Source: a virus. Taken from it: a stretch of 64,000 nucleotides of DNA. The stretch spans positions 14,085-78,084 of IMG/VR virus record IMGVR_UViG_3300030104_007872; one strand, given 5' to 3'. Shown in pieces: positions 47,433 through 56,704 of this stretch. Position 1 is the stretch's first letter. Each line of letters opens with the position of its first letter. The notes beneath the pieces were generated by a model that saw only the letters and a program-made list of their open reading frames with translations, searched no databases and was not told where the DNA came from. The position numbers and the translations under genes were made by a program.

Positions 47433-48537
47433 CAATATAGGCCCTGCAAACATTCTTGATAACTACTTGAAGGCGAATAAGGATGATCATTACAATTTTG
47501 AGGAAACGATTGAGTATAAGGTCTCAAGCGGCTCATTACAGTTAGATCTGTATTTGGCGGGCGGGTTTGGTCCTGGGTTACATCGTTTTACAGGTGTTAA
47601 CGAAGGCGGTAAAACTTCAGAGTCATTACAGGTAATGAAAAATTTTCTTGGCACCATTGACAAGTCTCGGGGCCTTTATATTAAAGCGGAAGGAAGACTC
47701 GGGCCAGAAGTTCAAGAAAGGTCGGGTGTGAAGTTTGTATTCACCCCAGAGGAGTGGGTGGACGGCACATGCTTTGTTTTTGAAAGCAATATATATGAAA
47801 CCGCAATGGGGCTGATTCGGCAGCTTATTACAAATAACGATGATAAGATTAAATATTGTTTTATATTAGATTCGGTGGACGGTTTAATTCGAAAAGATGA
47901 TCTTGGAAAGAATTTTGACGAAAGTAGTAAGGTTGCGGGTGGAGCGGTGATCGCCTCTGATTTCTGCAAAAAAACCAGCACCGCCTTAGGCAAACGTGGA
48001 CATATGGCAATATTTATTAGTCAGGTTCGCGCTGATATTAAACTTGACCCGTATGCTAAATCTCCTGTGCGACAAACTACCGCTACAGGAGGCAATGCGC
48101 TTTTGCATTTCGCAAACAATATCATGGAATTTGAGCCACGTTTCAAGGGTGATTTAATTTTACAAAATCCTTCCGTAAAAATGGTGGATGCTAAAAAGAA
48201 CCCAATCATCGGCCATCATGCCAAAGTAACAATTAAGAAATCAGCACATGAAAACACCAACACTACAATCTCCTATCCTATTAGATATGGACGCACTGCT
48301 GGGACATCTATCTGGGTTGAAAAAGAAGTTATAGACTTGCTGTATGCTTGGGAATTTGTCGAAAAGAAAGGCGCTTGGATTAAACCTAGCGACGACTTTA
48401 AGGAGTTGCTAAATTCTGAAAATTTACAATTTCCCGATAAAATTCAAGGGGATAATAAACTCTTTAAAACTGTCGAGGAAAACAAGGAGTTGTGCGAGTT
48501 CTTAATAAAGTATTTCAAGGAGCAGATAGCTGTATGA
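47425..48537 (+). CDS. recA: RecA/UvsX-like recombinase
   Basis: SSGSLQLD, Walker A GVNEGGKT, ILDSV, ISQVR, TGGNALLH and KKGAW. Confidence 0.88.
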   Translation: MSDNIGPANILDNYLKANKDDHYNFEETIEYKVSSGSLQLDLYLAGGFGPGLHRFTGVNEGGKTSESLQVMKNFLGTIDKSRGLYIKAEGRLGPEVQERSGVKFVFTPEEWVDGTCFVFESNIYETAMGLIRQLITNNDDKIKYCFILDSVDGLIRKDDLGKNFDESSKVAGGAVIASDFCKKTSTALGKRGHMAIFISQVRADIKLDPYAKSPVRQTTATGGNALLHFANNIMEFEPRFKGDLILQNPSVKMVDAKKNPIIGHHAKVTIKKSAHENTNTTISYPIRYGRTAGTSIWVEKEVIDLLYAWEFVEKKGAWIKPSDDFKELLNSENLQFPDKIQGDNKLFKTVEENKELCEFLIKYFKEQIAV

Positions 48538-48941
48538 AGTTTGTTGACGGGCACGGAAAAACGCGAAATCTCAAAAACGCAAAAAAATATCTCATAGATT
48601 GGTGTAAGCCCAGTAGAAGTAAGTTTCAAACGGCGGTTAAAGAGTTTTTATTTCCATACTGGAAAAACGATATTGTCTTCGAAGAATTCAGGGTTGTTGG
48701 CAGCAGGCTGACTTTAGATTTTTATAATGCTAATAAAAAAATCGCTGTTGAGGTACAGGGGGCACAGCATACAAAATACGTTAAATTTTTCCACAAGAAT
48801 CGTTTTAGATATTCCGATCAATTAAAGAGGGATCAGAAAAAACTTGACTTTTGTAAAGCAAACGATATACAGTTAGCAGAGGTTTATCCGCAGGATGTGG
48901 TTACCGCTTCCCTCTTTGAAGACCAAGAAATTTATTTATGA
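48534..48941 (+). CDS. PD-(D/E)xK endonuclease (DUF559/Vsr-like)
   Basis: LDFY...AVEVQGAQH...RDQKK. Confidence 0.75.
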   Translation: MKFVDGHGKTRNLKNAKKYLIDWCKPSRSKFQTAVKEFLFPYWKNDIVFEEFRVVGSRLTLDFYNANKKIAVEVQGAQHTKYVKFFHKNRFRYSDQLKRDQKKLDFCKANDIQLAEVYPQDVVTASLFEDQEIYL

Positions 48942-49186
48942 ACTTAGATGATGAATCCGAATCCACAGATTTTCGCGTTCCAACTGAATGGGTAGAAAAG
49001 CTTTATGAATTATCTGGTGGCGCAGATAAATATAAAGGAGTGTTATTGGCACTCTCTTCTGAACAGGGAGATCCACTTATATATTTTAAATACGATTCAG
49101 GAATGACCGAAACAGCGCTAAGAAAGTCAATGTTCGATTACCTTAAAAATTTGGATAACTACACTTCTACCGAAGAACAGACATGA
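48938..49186 (+). CDS. Hypothetical protein
   Basis: 82-aa ORF with ATGA overlaps at both ends. Confidence 0.65.
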   Translation: MNLDDESESTDFRVPTEWVEKLYELSGGADKYKGVLLALSSEQGDPLIYFKYDSGMTETALRKSMFDYLKNLDNYTSTEEQT

Positions 49187-50700
49187 TTTACAATTTTGAA
49201 CTTGAGAAACAATTGCTTGCGGGTCTAATTAAAGAGCCTGACGCATTGGCTGAGATATCCAATTTCATTGGAACTGGTGATTTTTATTCTGATAATAGTT
49301 CCCTTCATTCAACAATTTTCCGAATTATACAGCAGGCTATTCAATCGGGTGATGAAGTTGATGAGGTTATAATTGCTCAGCGCGTTAACGATGTCGGCAT
49401 TTCATTTCAAGATAATTTAAATCCCGCTGACTACATTAAGTCCTTGGCTTTACGCAAAGTTCCCAAAGGCAACACAATTAAAACCGCGAAGGAATTAAAA
49501 AAATACTCCATTCGTCGTGAAATTTTAGATTCTTCCGCTGACATTGGGAAGAAGATGAAGAGTATGCCGCCTGAGGCGTGTTATCGAACTATAATTGAAG
49601 CTGCTGACACCATATACAATTCCAGAATAAACCTTTACGAATTAGGCAACGATATTCCCGAAAACATTTATGAGGAAATGGAAGACCTCATAGAGGATAG
49701 GGGAAATAATCCCGTTACTGAATTTGGTATGATGGGGCCTCATACAAAGGTAAATGAAATTTACGGTTCGCTATTACGCCCAGGAAATATAACGGTCATA
49801 GTGGCAAGATCAGGAGTTGGAAAGACAAACTTTTGCATGGACTATACAACAAAGGTGAGCCTCCAGTATGATGTTCCCGTCTTACATTTCGATAACGGTG
49901 AAATGAGCAAGGAGGAGCTTATAATGCGACAGTGTGCAGCGCTTTCGGGTGTGCCAATGCATTTATTAGAGAGTGGGAAATGGAGACAGGCTGGTAAGGA
50001 AGTTGTCAACAAGGTTCGCGCTGTCTGGCCAAAGATTAAAAGCTTAAAATTTTACTACTATAACGTTGGGGGTATGGATGTTGACTCAATGGTAAATACC
50101 CTAAAGAGGTTTTATTATTCCAAAGTTGGGAGAGGCAATCAAATGGTCTTTTCTTTTGATTACATAAAAACCACCTCCGAAAATATAGCTAACAAATCTG
50201 AGTGGCAGGTCGTAGGTGAAATGGTTGATAAATTTAAGAAGTGTGTCCAGAAGGAGATATTGCATGACGGCAATCCAGTGATTCCGATGATCACTTCTGT
50301 TCAATCAAATAGGTATGGAATTACCAATAACAGGAATTCTCAAAATATTGTAGATGATGAGTCGATTGTTTCACTTTCAGATCGAATTACGCAGTTCTGT
50401 TCGCACATGTTTATTTTGCGTAACAAAACGGCGGATGAAATGGAAACTGAGGGCAACAGATTTGGAACGCATAAACTTATTAATGTTAAAGCTCGTCATT
50501 TAGGCAGCGATATAGCTGGCGCAATTGAGCCCGTTCGCGTCGGAGACGCTCTCCGCAAAAATGCTATAAATTTAAATTTTATGAATTTTAATATCACAGA
50601 GAGGGGTGATTTGAGAGATATTGCGCGAATGCTAGACGGGGAAGAAGATTTAGATACCAATGGACTCCAAGAAACAATCCCAGATTTCGATCAGTTCTGA
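49183..50700 (+). CDS. dnaB: DnaB-like replicative helicase
   Basis: ARSGVGKT, EMSKEE, FDYIK and VQSNR, plus an N-terminal DnaB domain. Confidence 0.92.
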   Translation: MIYNFELEKQLLAGLIKEPDALAEISNFIGTGDFYSDNSSLHSTIFRIIQQAIQSGDEVDEVIIAQRVNDVGISFQDNLNPADYIKSLALRKVPKGNTIKTAKELKKYSIRREILDSSADIGKKMKSMPPEACYRTIIEAADTIYNSRINLYELGNDIPENIYEEMEDLIEDRGNNPVTEFGMMGPHTKVNEIYGSLLRPGNITVIVARSGVGKTNFCMDYTTKVSLQYDVPVLHFDNGEMSKEELIMRQCAALSGVPMHLLESGKWRQAGKEVVNKVRAVWPKIKSLKFYYYNVGGMDVDSMVNTLKRFYYSKVGRGNQMVFSFDYIKTTSENIANKSEWQVVGEMVDKFKKCVQKEILHDGNPVIPMITSVQSNRYGITNNRNSQNIVDDESIVSLSDRITQFCSHMFILRNKTADEMETEGNRFGTHKLINVKARHLGSDIAGAIEPVRVGDALRKNAINLNFMNFNITERGDLRDIARMLDGEEDLDTNGLQETIPDFDQF

Positions 50701-51730
50701 TAATTTCGAGGGCATATTGGAATCAATAGGTTATAAGCTTATTGATTGCGGGGACCACTGGAGGACTCGCGCTGTGTATCGGGATGGAGATAACGACACT
50801 GCCCTTAAAATTTACAAGAATACTGGTGTATGGATGGACTTTGTGCAAAACAAAGGCTCCAAGCCATTTGAGGCTTTAATTAAAGAGACACTTAGGGACA
50901 ATCCAAAGGAACTAGCAAAGATTTTAGGTGGAGCAAAAAGAGAAATTAGCACAATTTACCAACAAAAGGAGACTATACAGATGGAAAAAATTTACCCCGA
51001 GTCATCTCTTGATAAGCTTTTTCCAAATTACAATTTTTACCGCAAAAAGCATATTTCGGAAGCGACTCAAAAAGCATTTAAAGTTGGATTGGCGGGTGTT
51101 GGAAAAATGTATAGAAGAATGGTTTTTCCAGTTTATAATGAACATCAGCAAATCATAGGTTTTTCGGGTCGAAAGGTAGACGATGACAATAATTACCCTA
51201 AATGGAAACATATTGGCCGTCGCAACAATTGGGTTTATCCCGCCTTCAATGTTGATGTGGGTGTAAATGATGAAATAGAATTCAAAAAAGAAGTAATTTT
51301 AGTTGAAAGCATCGGTGATGCAATGGCGCTTTATGAACAAGGTCTCAAGAATGTTTTGGTTATGTTTGGCTTATCCGTTAATAGCCATATCATTAATTAT
51401 GTTAATAGTAAGTCTATTCGTCGTATTTTTATCTCTACTAATAATGATTTCAATAGCGGGGAAAATAGAGGGTTGGTAGCAGCAATTAAAACATTTATTA
51501 AACTGTCGTCTTATTTTGATTTGGATAGATTAATTGTAAAATTCCCCCCAAAGCCTTATAATGATTTTGGTGACGCTCATTTAGATGGGTATGACTTTAA
51601 TAAAAACTGGGCCGATAACAAATACGATCAAGCCAGACAGCTAGAATATATCTGCGATTTTATTAAGAATAATACTTCCTGCTTCACTAAAAAAGAAATT
51701 AAAACTTCGGCAATGTTTAGTGATGAGTGA
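50660..51730 (+). CDS. dnaG: DNA primase (TOPRIM), degenerate zinc-binding domain
   Basis: RMVFPV...IIGFSGR, LVESIGDAM, NND and NDFGD. Confidence 0.88.
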   Translation: MDSKKQSQISISSDNFEGILESIGYKLIDCGDHWRTRAVYRDGDNDTALKIYKNTGVWMDFVQNKGSKPFEALIKETLRDNPKELAKILGGAKREISTIYQQKETIQMEKIYPESSLDKLFPNYNFYRKKHISEATQKAFKVGLAGVGKMYRRMVFPVYNEHQQIIGFSGRKVDDDNNYPKWKHIGRRNNWVYPAFNVDVGVNDEIEFKKEVILVESIGDAMALYEQGLKNVLVMFGLSVNSHIINYVNSKSIRRIFISTNNDFNSGENRGLVAAIKTFIKLSSYFDLDRLIVKFPPKPYNDFGDAHLDGYDFNKNWADNKYDQARQLEYICDFIKNNTSCFTKKEIKTSAMFSDE

Positions 51731-52748
51731 ACCAGTAACCCCACTTTCAGCCAGCAGAATTAAGACTGCACAATCATGTTCTTGGCTTTACTGGTGCAAA
51801 TATAAGCTTAAATTGCCAGAAAAGAGCAATGACGGCGCACGAAGAGGTTCTATTTGCCACTTAGTTTTTGAGGTTCTTGGCGTAAAGCGTAGGAAGAAAT
51901 ATTATAGTAAAATTATAAAAAGCAAAGATGTTTTTTCTGTCCCTTCGATTAAAAGATTAATTTTTAAACATGCAATTAAAGAAGGCGTAGATGATTGTGA
52001 TAACATTTCTTTAATGAAGGAGATGATTTTCAATGGTTTAACGTATGATTTTTTCGGGCACGATACAGGTAAGCCAACGAAGGAATATTCCGAGAAAGAT
52101 TTTGATATCATTAAGGAGGATGGTAAAACACAATATAAAATCAGAGGCTTTATCGATAAGCTTTTTTTATATAAAAAACAAAAGCTAGCTATTATTCGAG
52201 ACTTTAAAACCAGCAAGGACGTTTTTAAGGGTAAGGATCAAACAGATAACCTACAAGACCTAATGTATAGTTTGGCGGTTAAGAATTTATTTCCCGAATA
52301 CTCCAAAAGGGTCAGTGAGTTTCTTTTTTTAAAATTTGATCTTGATCCCAAAGCTAAAAAATCTGGCGTGGTTCGAATGAAGACTTTGGACGAGGACGAA
52401 TTAAAGGGGTTCGAGATGCAGCTTTCTGAAATTCAAAAATACTTGGATGGTTTCTCTGAAAGCGATGGTAGAAAAAATTATGCTGCTCATCAAGGTTTTC
52501 CAACAGATAACTCTTTTAGTGGAAAATTGTTATGCGGCTTTGCCACACAAAAGGGAGAGCTTAAAAAAGATGGTTCACCCAAATGGCATTGTCCCATGAA
52601 GTTTGATTTTTTCTTTTATGAGGTTTGGACGGCTGATGGTGAAAGAATCGGTTCATACCTCGAAGACGACTTCAGTGAGAGCTTGGTGCCTGAAGGCGGC
52701 GGCTATGAAATGAAATATTATCAAGGTTGCCCCGCACATTCTTCTTGA
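51723..52748 (+). CDS. PD-(D/E)xK exonuclease (AddB/RecB/Cas4-like, probable Fe-S staple)
   Basis: LSASR...C, GSICH, RGFID, RDFKT and QDLMY, with three C-terminal Cys. Confidence 0.82.
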   Translation: MSEPVTPLSASRIKTAQSCSWLYWCKYKLKLPEKSNDGARRGSICHLVFEVLGVKRRKKYYSKIIKSKDVFSVPSIKRLIFKHAIKEGVDDCDNISLMKEMIFNGLTYDFFGHDTGKPTKEYSEKDFDIIKEDGKTQYKIRGFIDKLFLYKKQKLAIIRDFKTSKDVFKGKDQTDNLQDLMYSLAVKNLFPEYSKRVSEFLFLKFDLDPKAKKSGVVRMKTLDEDELKGFEMQLSEIQKYLDGFSESDGRKNYAAHQGFPTDNSFSGKLLCGFATQKGELKKDGSPKWHCPMKFDFFFYEVWTADGERIGSYLEDDFSESLVPEGGGYEMKYYQGCPAHSS

Positions 52749-52772
52749 CGCATCGCTTGATCGCGTTATGTT
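52745..52772 (+). promoter_or_regulatory. Putative sigma70-type promoter TTGACG-16-TATGTT; leaderless ATG 52779
   Basis: Sequence match; start codon 6 nt downstream of the -10 box. Confidence 0.45.
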
Positions 52773-52778
52773 AAAGAA

Positions 52779-53516
52779 ATGACGCCAGTATTTAAGTCTA
52801 CTTTTTCCATAGGCAAAAGCATTCTCACTTTAGATCCCGTTAGCTCAGAAGGTGGTCCAGATAGTATTATTGAAATCTGCAAGGAGCATCATATCGATCC
52901 ATTAGTTTTGGTAGAGGACACCATGACGGGATTTGTCAAGGCTCATAATATCTGCAAGGAGGAAAATATTCGCCTTCTGTTTGGCTTGCGCGTAAGCTGT
53001 TGCAATGATATCGCTGATGACGACGATTCAGAGCACAAGGTGATTATTTTTGCCAAAAACGATAACGGCTGTAGATTGTTGAATAAAATTTATTCTTATG
53101 CGAATACCGTCGGGGAAGGTAAAGTTGATTTCAAATATTTAAATTCCATTTGGACGGAAGACATTAATCTGGTTATTCCCTTTTACGACTCCTTCATCTT
53201 TAATAACCAAATGCACCTTAAGAAATGCATTCCTGACTTTAGAGCTATTGTTCCGACATTTTGGCTGGAAGTCAACGGGTTGCCATTTGATGGTTTAGTG
53301 GCCGAAAAAGTTATGAAGTTTGCTGAGGGAATGAGTAGGCCAGTAAAGCGGGTAAAAACCATTTTATATAAAAATAGGAGCGATGTTGAGGCTCTTCAAA
53401 CCTACAAGGTTATTTGTAATAGAAATTTTGGCAGAGCAGCCTCATTAAGTAGCCCAAACCTCAATCACTTTGGCAGTAACGAATTCTGTCTTGAGTCTTA
53501 TTTACAATATGCATGA
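52779..53516 (+). CDS. Stand-alone PHP domain of DNA polymerase III alpha (metal ligands degenerate)
   Basis: STFSIGKSIL, VEDTMTGF and IIFAKNDNG...LNKI match the DnaE PHP layout without HxH. Confidence 0.8.
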   Translation: MTPVFKSTFSIGKSILTLDPVSSEGGPDSIIEICKEHHIDPLVLVEDTMTGFVKAHNICKEENIRLLFGLRVSCCNDIADDDDSEHKVIIFAKNDNGCRLLNKIYSYANTVGEGKVDFKYLNSIWTEDINLVIPFYDSFIFNNQMHLKKCIPDFRAIVPTFWLEVNGLPFDGLVAEKVMKFAEGMSRPVKRVKTILYKNRSDVEALQTYKVICNRNFGRAASLSSPNLNHFGSNEFCLESYLQYA

Positions 53517-54141
53517 GCCATTACTTAGATTCGATAAAAAGCAACGATATGTTGTTTTTGATACAGAAACCGAAGGTTTAAATTTAGTCACTTCGCGACC
53601 TTGGCAGGTTGCTTGGCTATTGGTTCAGGGTGATAAGATAATAGATAAAAGAGATTTTTTTATTCATTGGCCAAATTTAAATGTGTCGGAAGGCGCAGCG
53701 AGAGTCACTGGTTTCTCTTATAATGATTATGCCAAGAAATCAATGCCTCCAAATGTTGTTTGGGAAAAGTTTGCTCATGATTTGTATAACGAAGACAACT
53801 TGATTGTGGGGCAGAACCTGCTAGGCTTTGATGTTTATATGGTTAACGTGTGGCGCAGGTTGATGGGTATGGATGCTGACCACTCTTACGTTAATAGGAT
53901 TATAGATACGAAATCTTTAGCTACAGCTATTGCCAAGGATATTCCTGTCGAGAAAGAAAATTTTATTAATTGGCAATATAGACTGCTTAATCACAAAGAA
54001 AGAGGCTTAAAAACCTCACAAGCGACATTATTGAAAAAATATAATATTGACCATGACCCAAAGAGGCTGCATGATGCTCTTTACGACATTGAGATGAATT
54101 TCAAGATTTTCAAGAAACAGCTTTTTGATTTAGAGATATGA
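53509..54141 (+). CDS. dnaQ: DnaQ-like DEDDh 3'-5' exonuclease
   Basis: FDTETEG, GQNLLGFD and HDALYD. Confidence 0.88.
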   Translation: MHEPLLRFDKKQRYVVFDTETEGLNLVTSRPWQVAWLLVQGDKIIDKRDFFIHWPNLNVSEGAARVTGFSYNDYAKKSMPPNVVWEKFAHDLYNEDNLIVGQNLLGFDVYMVNVWRRLMGMDADHSYVNRIIDTKSLATAIAKDIPVEKENFINWQYRLLNHKERGLKTSQATLLKKYNIDHDPKRLHDALYDIEMNFKIFKKQLFDLEI

Positions 54142-56693
54142 GTTTTTCAAACTACGCAGGCTACGACACGCCATTTCCCGTGGGAGTAAAGCTTCCAGAG
54201 ATTAAAATAGAAAAAAAATATTACGAGGAAGTTTCTTGCAGTGACCTGGAAGATAACTTTCAGTTCCTTAGGAAACTATGCTTCAAAAGGTTAACGGAAA
54301 AAGGTATAGATCAGCTAGAAAATTGTCAGGTATACTATGATCGACTAAGGGAAGAGCTTAGTATTTTCCAAGAATTAGGATTTGTTGACTATATCCTTCT
54401 TAACTGGGACATTATGAATTTCTGTAAAGAAAACGACATCCCTACGGGAGCGGGTCGTGGCAGTGCCGCAGGCTCTTTGGTTCTTTATGTGATTGGTGTG
54501 ACAAATATTGACCCAATTGAATATGACCTGTTCTTTGAGAGGTTTGTTTCAAAAAGTCGCGCCAGAAAGATTGAGCATAAAGGGGAGATTTATTTGGATG
54601 GAAGCTTATTAGCTGACGTTGATAACGATATTTCTTATGATCGTCGCGTAGAAGTTATTGAATATATTGAGAAAAAATATAAAGGTAAAACTTCAAAAAT
54701 TTTAACGCTTAATACGCTTAGCGGTAAACTCTGCATGAAAGAGTGTGGTAAAATTGTGGAAGAGCTTTCGGAGGCAGACGTTAATCAAATTAGTGATACT
54801 ATCCCAAAGCATTTCGGTAAAGTTGCTAAGCTGGATGTTGCTTATGAAGAAAGCGAGAGTTTCAAATCTTACGCGGACAAATACTCCAAGGTATTTCGTA
54901 TTGCTAAAAAATTGGAAGGCTTAAACAAGAACACTGGCGTTCACCCTTCAGGCATTTCTATTTCATATTACCCACTTGATGAAATTATGCCATTGCAAAC
55001 AACTAACGACGGCTCACTAATTTCAGGCTACGACATGAATGACGTAGCTAGCCTAAGTGTAAAGTTTGATATATTAGGTTTAAGGACACTATCGGTTGTT
55101 TATGATGTGTGTAAGCAGATAGGTATAGATTCGACAGAGATTGATCCTCACGATCCGTCCATATATGCAGCCTTAGCCTCTCTACGTTCGCCGCAGGGAC
55201 TCTTTCAAATCGAGGCGGAGACGAACTTCAAGGTTTGCCAGTTGATTGCTCCACAAAATCTTGAGCAGCTTTCCGCCGTGGTCGCAATAGCAAGACCTGG
55301 GGCACTAGAGTTTAAGGATAACTATCGCGATTATGTGAGAAGCGGCGAATTTCAATCTGTGCATGAGTTCTTTGATGATATTCTAAGTTACACAGGTGGA
55401 ATCCCCCTTTATCAAGAGCAGTTAATGAAAATGGCTGTTAAGGTTGGATTTAGTCTTGATGAGTCGGAGCAGTTGCGCCGCATAGTTGGAAAGAAGAAGG
55501 TTGATCAAATGCCTGCTTGGAAAATAAAAATCCAAGATAAAGTTAAAGAAAATAATCTTGACCCTGCTGTTGGCGAAGTATTGTGGAAAGTGGCGGAAGA
55601 TTCAGCGAATTATTCCTTTAATAAGTCCCATTCGATTAGTTACGCTTATTTAGCTGCGATTACGGTATATCTGAAATTTAATTACCCCAAGGAGTTCTTT
55701 TTAAGTCTTTTAAAATATACAAAGTTTGAGCCAAATTCTCATGAGGAGATTGCCAAAATTTCACAGGAATTAAGCCATTTTGACATTAAATTATTGCCGC
55801 CCGATCTAAATAAGTCTGATATTGACTTTAAAATCGAAGGAAAAGATATCCGTTATGGATTAAATTCGATCAAGGGTGTTTCCGACAAGGTTCTGCAAGC
55901 ATTACTGGACTTCAGGGAGGATTCTTTTGATAATAAATATGAGGTTTTCTTGTCGGCAAAGCAAGCTGGACTTAACATAGGCACACTTTCAGCGCTGATA
56001 CAGGCGGGTTTACTAGACTCCTTTGTTTCAAGCAATAGATGTAGATTAGTTTTAGAGGCTCAAACCTTTAATATCTTAACAGATCGAGAAAAGCGTAATT
56101 TTGTCGAATTGGGAAAAAAGTATAATTATGACATACTTGCCGCTGTCCACGATTGCTTTAAAACGGAGGCGGTCGGTGATGATAATAGAAAATTATTTAC
56201 CGAGAAAAGATTTGCAACCTTCAAAAAGAAATATGACCCTTATAAAAATATTTATGAGATGAATAAGACCCATATTAAATATGCAAATTGGTTTTTTGAG
56301 GAAAAATTGTTGGGTTATAGCTACTCTTATAATGTAAGACAGGTTTTTAATCATGAAGACGATTTTCAGTCATCTGAAGTCATTAAAGATGCCGAAAACA
56401 GGGCTAATGTTAAATTTGTTGGCTCGTTAATTGATATCATGCGAAGAACAAGCCGCAACAATAACAAATACGCAAGAATGCAAATCCAAGATGAGTGTGG
56501 CGTGATAAATGGCTTATTCCTTGATGGAGATAGGGAGGCTCGGTTGACAAATTATCTGGATTCTGGTAAAAAATTGCCCAAAAAAGGAGAGGTTGTAATA
56601 ATTTATGGGTCCAAAGGCGATGATGTTATTTTTATTGATAAAATCTTCCCACTTAAAGATAAAATCTACATGAAACTTTCCGAGCTTAAATAG
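54138..56693 (+). CDS. dnaE: DNA polymerase III alpha catalytic subunit lacking the PHP domain
   Basis: GRGSAAGS, LFFERF, ADVDND, KFDILGL, YQEQLM and YSFNKSH, with a C-terminal OB fold. Confidence 0.95.
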   Translation: MSFSNYAGYDTPFPVGVKLPEIKIEKKYYEEVSCSDLEDNFQFLRKLCFKRLTEKGIDQLENCQVYYDRLREELSIFQELGFVDYILLNWDIMNFCKENDIPTGAGRGSAAGSLVLYVIGVTNIDPIEYDLFFERFVSKSRARKIEHKGEIYLDGSLLADVDNDISYDRRVEVIEYIEKKYKGKTSKILTLNTLSGKLCMKECGKIVEELSEADVNQISDTIPKHFGKVAKLDVAYEESESFKSYADKYSKVFRIAKKLEGLNKNTGVHPSGISISYYPLDEIMPLQTTNDGSLISGYDMNDVASLSVKFDILGLRTLSVVYDVCKQIGIDSTEIDPHDPSIYAALASLRSPQGLFQIEAETNFKVCQLIAPQNLEQLSAVVAIARPGALEFKDNYRDYVRSGEFQSVHEFFDDILSYTGGIPLYQEQLMKMAVKVGFSLDESEQLRRIVGKKKVDQMPAWKIKIQDKVKENNLDPAVGEVLWKVAEDSANYSFNKSHSISYAYLAAITVYLKFNYPKEFFLSLLKYTKFEPNSHEEIAKISQELSHFDIKLLPPDLNKSDIDFKIEGKDIRYGLNSIKGVSDKVLQALLDFREDSFDNKYEVFLSAKQAGLNIGTLSALIQAGLLDSFVSSNRCRLVLEAQTFNILTDREKRNFVELGKKYNYDILAAVHDCFKTEAVGDDNRKLFTEKRFATFKKKYDPYKNIYEMNKTHIKYANWFFEEKLLGYSYSYNVRQVFNHEDDFQSSEVIKDAENRANVKFVGSLIDIMRRTSRNNNKYARMQIQDECGVINGLFLDGDREARLTNYLDSGKKLPKKGEVVIIYGSKGDDVIFIDKIFPLKDKIYMKLSELK

Positions 56694-56704
56694 TGTAATC
56701 AATT

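Noticed and set aside
24850-56693. Inteins, introns or homing endonucleases in nrdA, recA, dnaB or dnaE
   Set aside because: Proteins are normal or short in length, with no splice-junction or LAGLIDADG/HNH motifs seen.
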